Assembly (NCBI GenBank): GCA_018713145.1
Contig: DVFP01000011.1
Coordinates: 22,606 to 86,605, forward strand
Length of the DNA: 64,000 bases
Direction of reading: 5' to 3'
Origin: Candidatus Scybalocola faecavium
GTDB taxonomy: Bacteria; Bacillota; Clostridia; Lachnospirales; Lachnospiraceae
In this document: positions 62,195-64,000 of the stretch, one piece after another
Layout of the letters: each line of letters begins with the position of its first letter
Position numbering within the stretch: the stretch's first letter is position 1
Translations under genes and position numbers: made by a program
The notes under the pieces: generated by a model
Database searches by the model: none
Seen by the model: the letters and a program-made list of their open reading frames with translations, nothing else
Told to the model about the DNA's origin: nothing

Positions 62195-62960
62195 ATTAAA
62201 AAATATCCATAAATATTATAATCCCGGCACAGTCAATGAAATGTGTTTATTTTCTGATTTCAGCCTGACGGTCAATGACGGAGACTTTATCTCCATTATC
62301 GGCAGCAACGGGTCAGGAAAAACTTCCCTTTTAAATATTATCTGCGGCAGTATTCCTATTGAAAGCGGGACCATCACCATTCACGGCAGGGATATTACCA
62401 AAGCCAAAGACTTTAAACGCTATGCCAGGATCGGCCGGGTATTTCAAAATCCTGCCATGGGTACCTGCCCATCCATGACCATCCTTGAAAACATGTCCCT
62501 GGCAGATAATAAAGGGAATTCCTTTAATCTTCGTCCGGGCACCAACAAAAAAAGGATCCAGGCCTACCGGGAAATGCTGGCCCAGCTTGGCCTGGGACTG
62601 GAAAATAAACTGGATACTAAGGTAGGCTCTCTTTCCGGCGGCCAGCGTCAGGCCATGGCCCTGCTCATGTCCACCATGACCCCCATTGAGTTTCTCATTC
62701 TGGATGAACACACCGCAGCTTTAGACCCAAAAACAGCAGACCTGATCATGGAGCTTACGGATAAAATCGTTAAAGAAAAACATCTTACTACCATGATGGT
62801 CACCCATAACCTGCGCTATGCGGTAGAATATGGAAACCGGCTTCTTATGATGCACCAGGGTTCCTATATTTTAGATAAATCCGGGCCGGATAAGGATGCC
62901 CTTACTGTAGACAGTCTCCTCACTGAATTTAACCAGATCAGTATTGAGTGCGGCAACTGA
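62187..62960 (+). CDS. ABC transporter ATPase, TrpZ-like
   Basis: GSNGSGKT, LSGGQRQA, LDEHTAALDP. Confidence 0.94.
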   Translation: MLELKNIHKYYNPGTVNEMCLFSDFSLTVNDGDFISIIGSNGSGKTSLLNIICGSIPIESGTITIHGRDITKAKDFKRYARIGRVFQNPAMGTCPSMTILENMSLADNKGNSFNLRPGTNKKRIQAYREMLAQLGLGLENKLDTKVGSLSGGQRQAMALLMSTMTPIEFLILDEHTAALDPKTADLIMELTDKIVKEKHLTTMMVTHNLRYAVEYGNRLLMMHQGSYILDKSGPDKDALTVDSLLTEFNQISIECGN

Positions 62961-63028
62961 ATCGATCCAAAGCCGCGCCTTTAAAAAGCTTTTTTGTGTT
63001 TCAAAAGCTCTTTTGTATCTCAAAAGGC

Positions 63029-63077
63029 AGAAAGCTCTGTGTCCCAACAGTATCGTGCTGGGACACAGAGCTTTTCT
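63029..63077. terminator. Hairpin between convergent genes
   Basis: AAAGCTCTGTGTCCCA...TGGGACACAGAGCTTT. Confidence 0.7.
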
Positions 63078-63124
63078 ATCCATGATTCAACAGTTCACCC
63101 GGATGAACTGTCATTTTTCAGTTT

Positions 63125-64000
63125 TTACTGGCCCAGGGTAATAACACCCCACTGGCCTTCATATTTTACCCATGCATTTCCCTGATATGCAGGACGGGCA
63201 TCCTCAAAGACAAAAGGGGATGCGGCCTGTCCGCTCTTATCAAAATAGCCCCACAAACCATCTTTGCGCACTGCCACATAGCCGCTGCTGTAGCCATAAG
63301 GTATGCCCTGGACAAATGAAAGGCCCTCTGTATTTGATGTGTCCACATAATCTGCCCCATCATACTCACAGGGGATAACCTCCGCCCCGTCCAGATTACA
63401 GTAGCCCCACCGGCCGTCCCGGCAAACTGCCATCATACCGTCCCAGGAGCATTTTCCTGTATTTTCATAAATAAAATCCGTCTTAAGCCCCTGGCTTCCA
63501 GCCAGAGCATACATGGGTGATTCCAGAGAATAACTTTCCCGTGTTCCGGAGATCACTGGCACAAGCACATTTTCTCCCACTTCATAGGGCGTCTCCTCCA
63601 CAGTATCTCCCTCGGATGTATGTACGATACGAAACACTAAATTTTGCTCTGTATCCCACAGATAATCATAAGAGGTAATGGTGTGGCTGTGGGCAGTCTC
63701 CTCGTTTAACGTATAATCCTCATTTAAAAGAAGACACCGGCCGTCCTCAAGTCCGGCATAAAGCTGCTGGGCACACTGGAGTATATAGCGGTACTGAGGC
63801 TGAAGGACTATATTTCCGGTATAATCTATCAGGCCGGCCAGACCGTTTTGATAGATCACATTTACAGGCTGAGAATAAACATCCTCCCCTGCTGTACATC
63901 CCAGCACCGGCATAATCGTATCTGCGGAAATTGACGGATTTAACGCCCAAACGATCACGCTGGCCGGATCGGCGGTTTCTTCTGCTGTTTCCGGCACTGT
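63125..64000 (-). CDS. WG-repeat (beta-repeat) protein, C-terminal part; starts beyond window
   Basis: GLIDYTGNIVLQPQY, GRWGYCNLDG, GLWGYFDKSG, GQWGVI. Confidence 0.85.
   Translation of the reverse strand, partial: TVPETAEETADPASVIVWALNPSISADTIMPVLGCTAGEDVYSQPVNVIYQNGLAGLIDYTGNIVLQPQYRYILQCAQQLYAGLEDGRCLLLNEDYTLNEETAHSHTITSYDYLWDTEQNLVFRIVHTSEGDTVEETPYEVGENVLVPVISGTRESYSLESPMYALAGSQGLKTDFIYENTGKCSWDGMMAVCRDGRWGYCNLDGAEVIPCEYDGADYVDTSNTEGLSFVQGIPYGYSSGYVAVRKDGLWGYFDKSGQAASPFVFEDARPAYQGNAWVKYEGQWGVITLGQ

Overview
A 64-kb chromosomal window from a spore-forming anaerobic Firmicute. Gene content, T-boxes and repeats look Lachnospiraceae/Clostridiales-like; this is an inference, not a database match. 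Housekeeping genes: ileS (partial), clpB, pncB, thiSFGHE, uvrB, proS, a rluA-family gene, ytvI and a Trp-specifier T-box ABC importer. There is also a BceRS-AB-type module and a MacAB-like exporter with two adaptor proteins. Accessory content: an AT-rich XRE/ImmA-IrrE/PIN cassette, a decayed type I TA locus, an AT-rich decayed defence-like island ending in an AlbA_2-HATPase gene, and a WXG100-like/HExxH peptidase cassette. The strongest candidate for an undescribed system is the minus-strand operon at 46.6-59.7 kb. It encodes a C-A-T-C-A-T-R NRPS, a 7TM-type histidine kinase, a REC-HD-GYP phosphodiesterase, an acyl-adenylating ligase and a free ACP, and has paired TGTGAC repeats at its promoter. 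This resembles a self-made acyl-dipeptide signal wired to cyclic-dinucleotide turnover. Second is a dispersed non-coding, hairpin-rich element with five full or partial copies; its two complete copies are each bracketed by a duplicated TAT(A/G)AT hexamer. No rRNA, tRNA, CRISPR array or transposase was seen. All calls come from reading motifs by eye; no searches were run.
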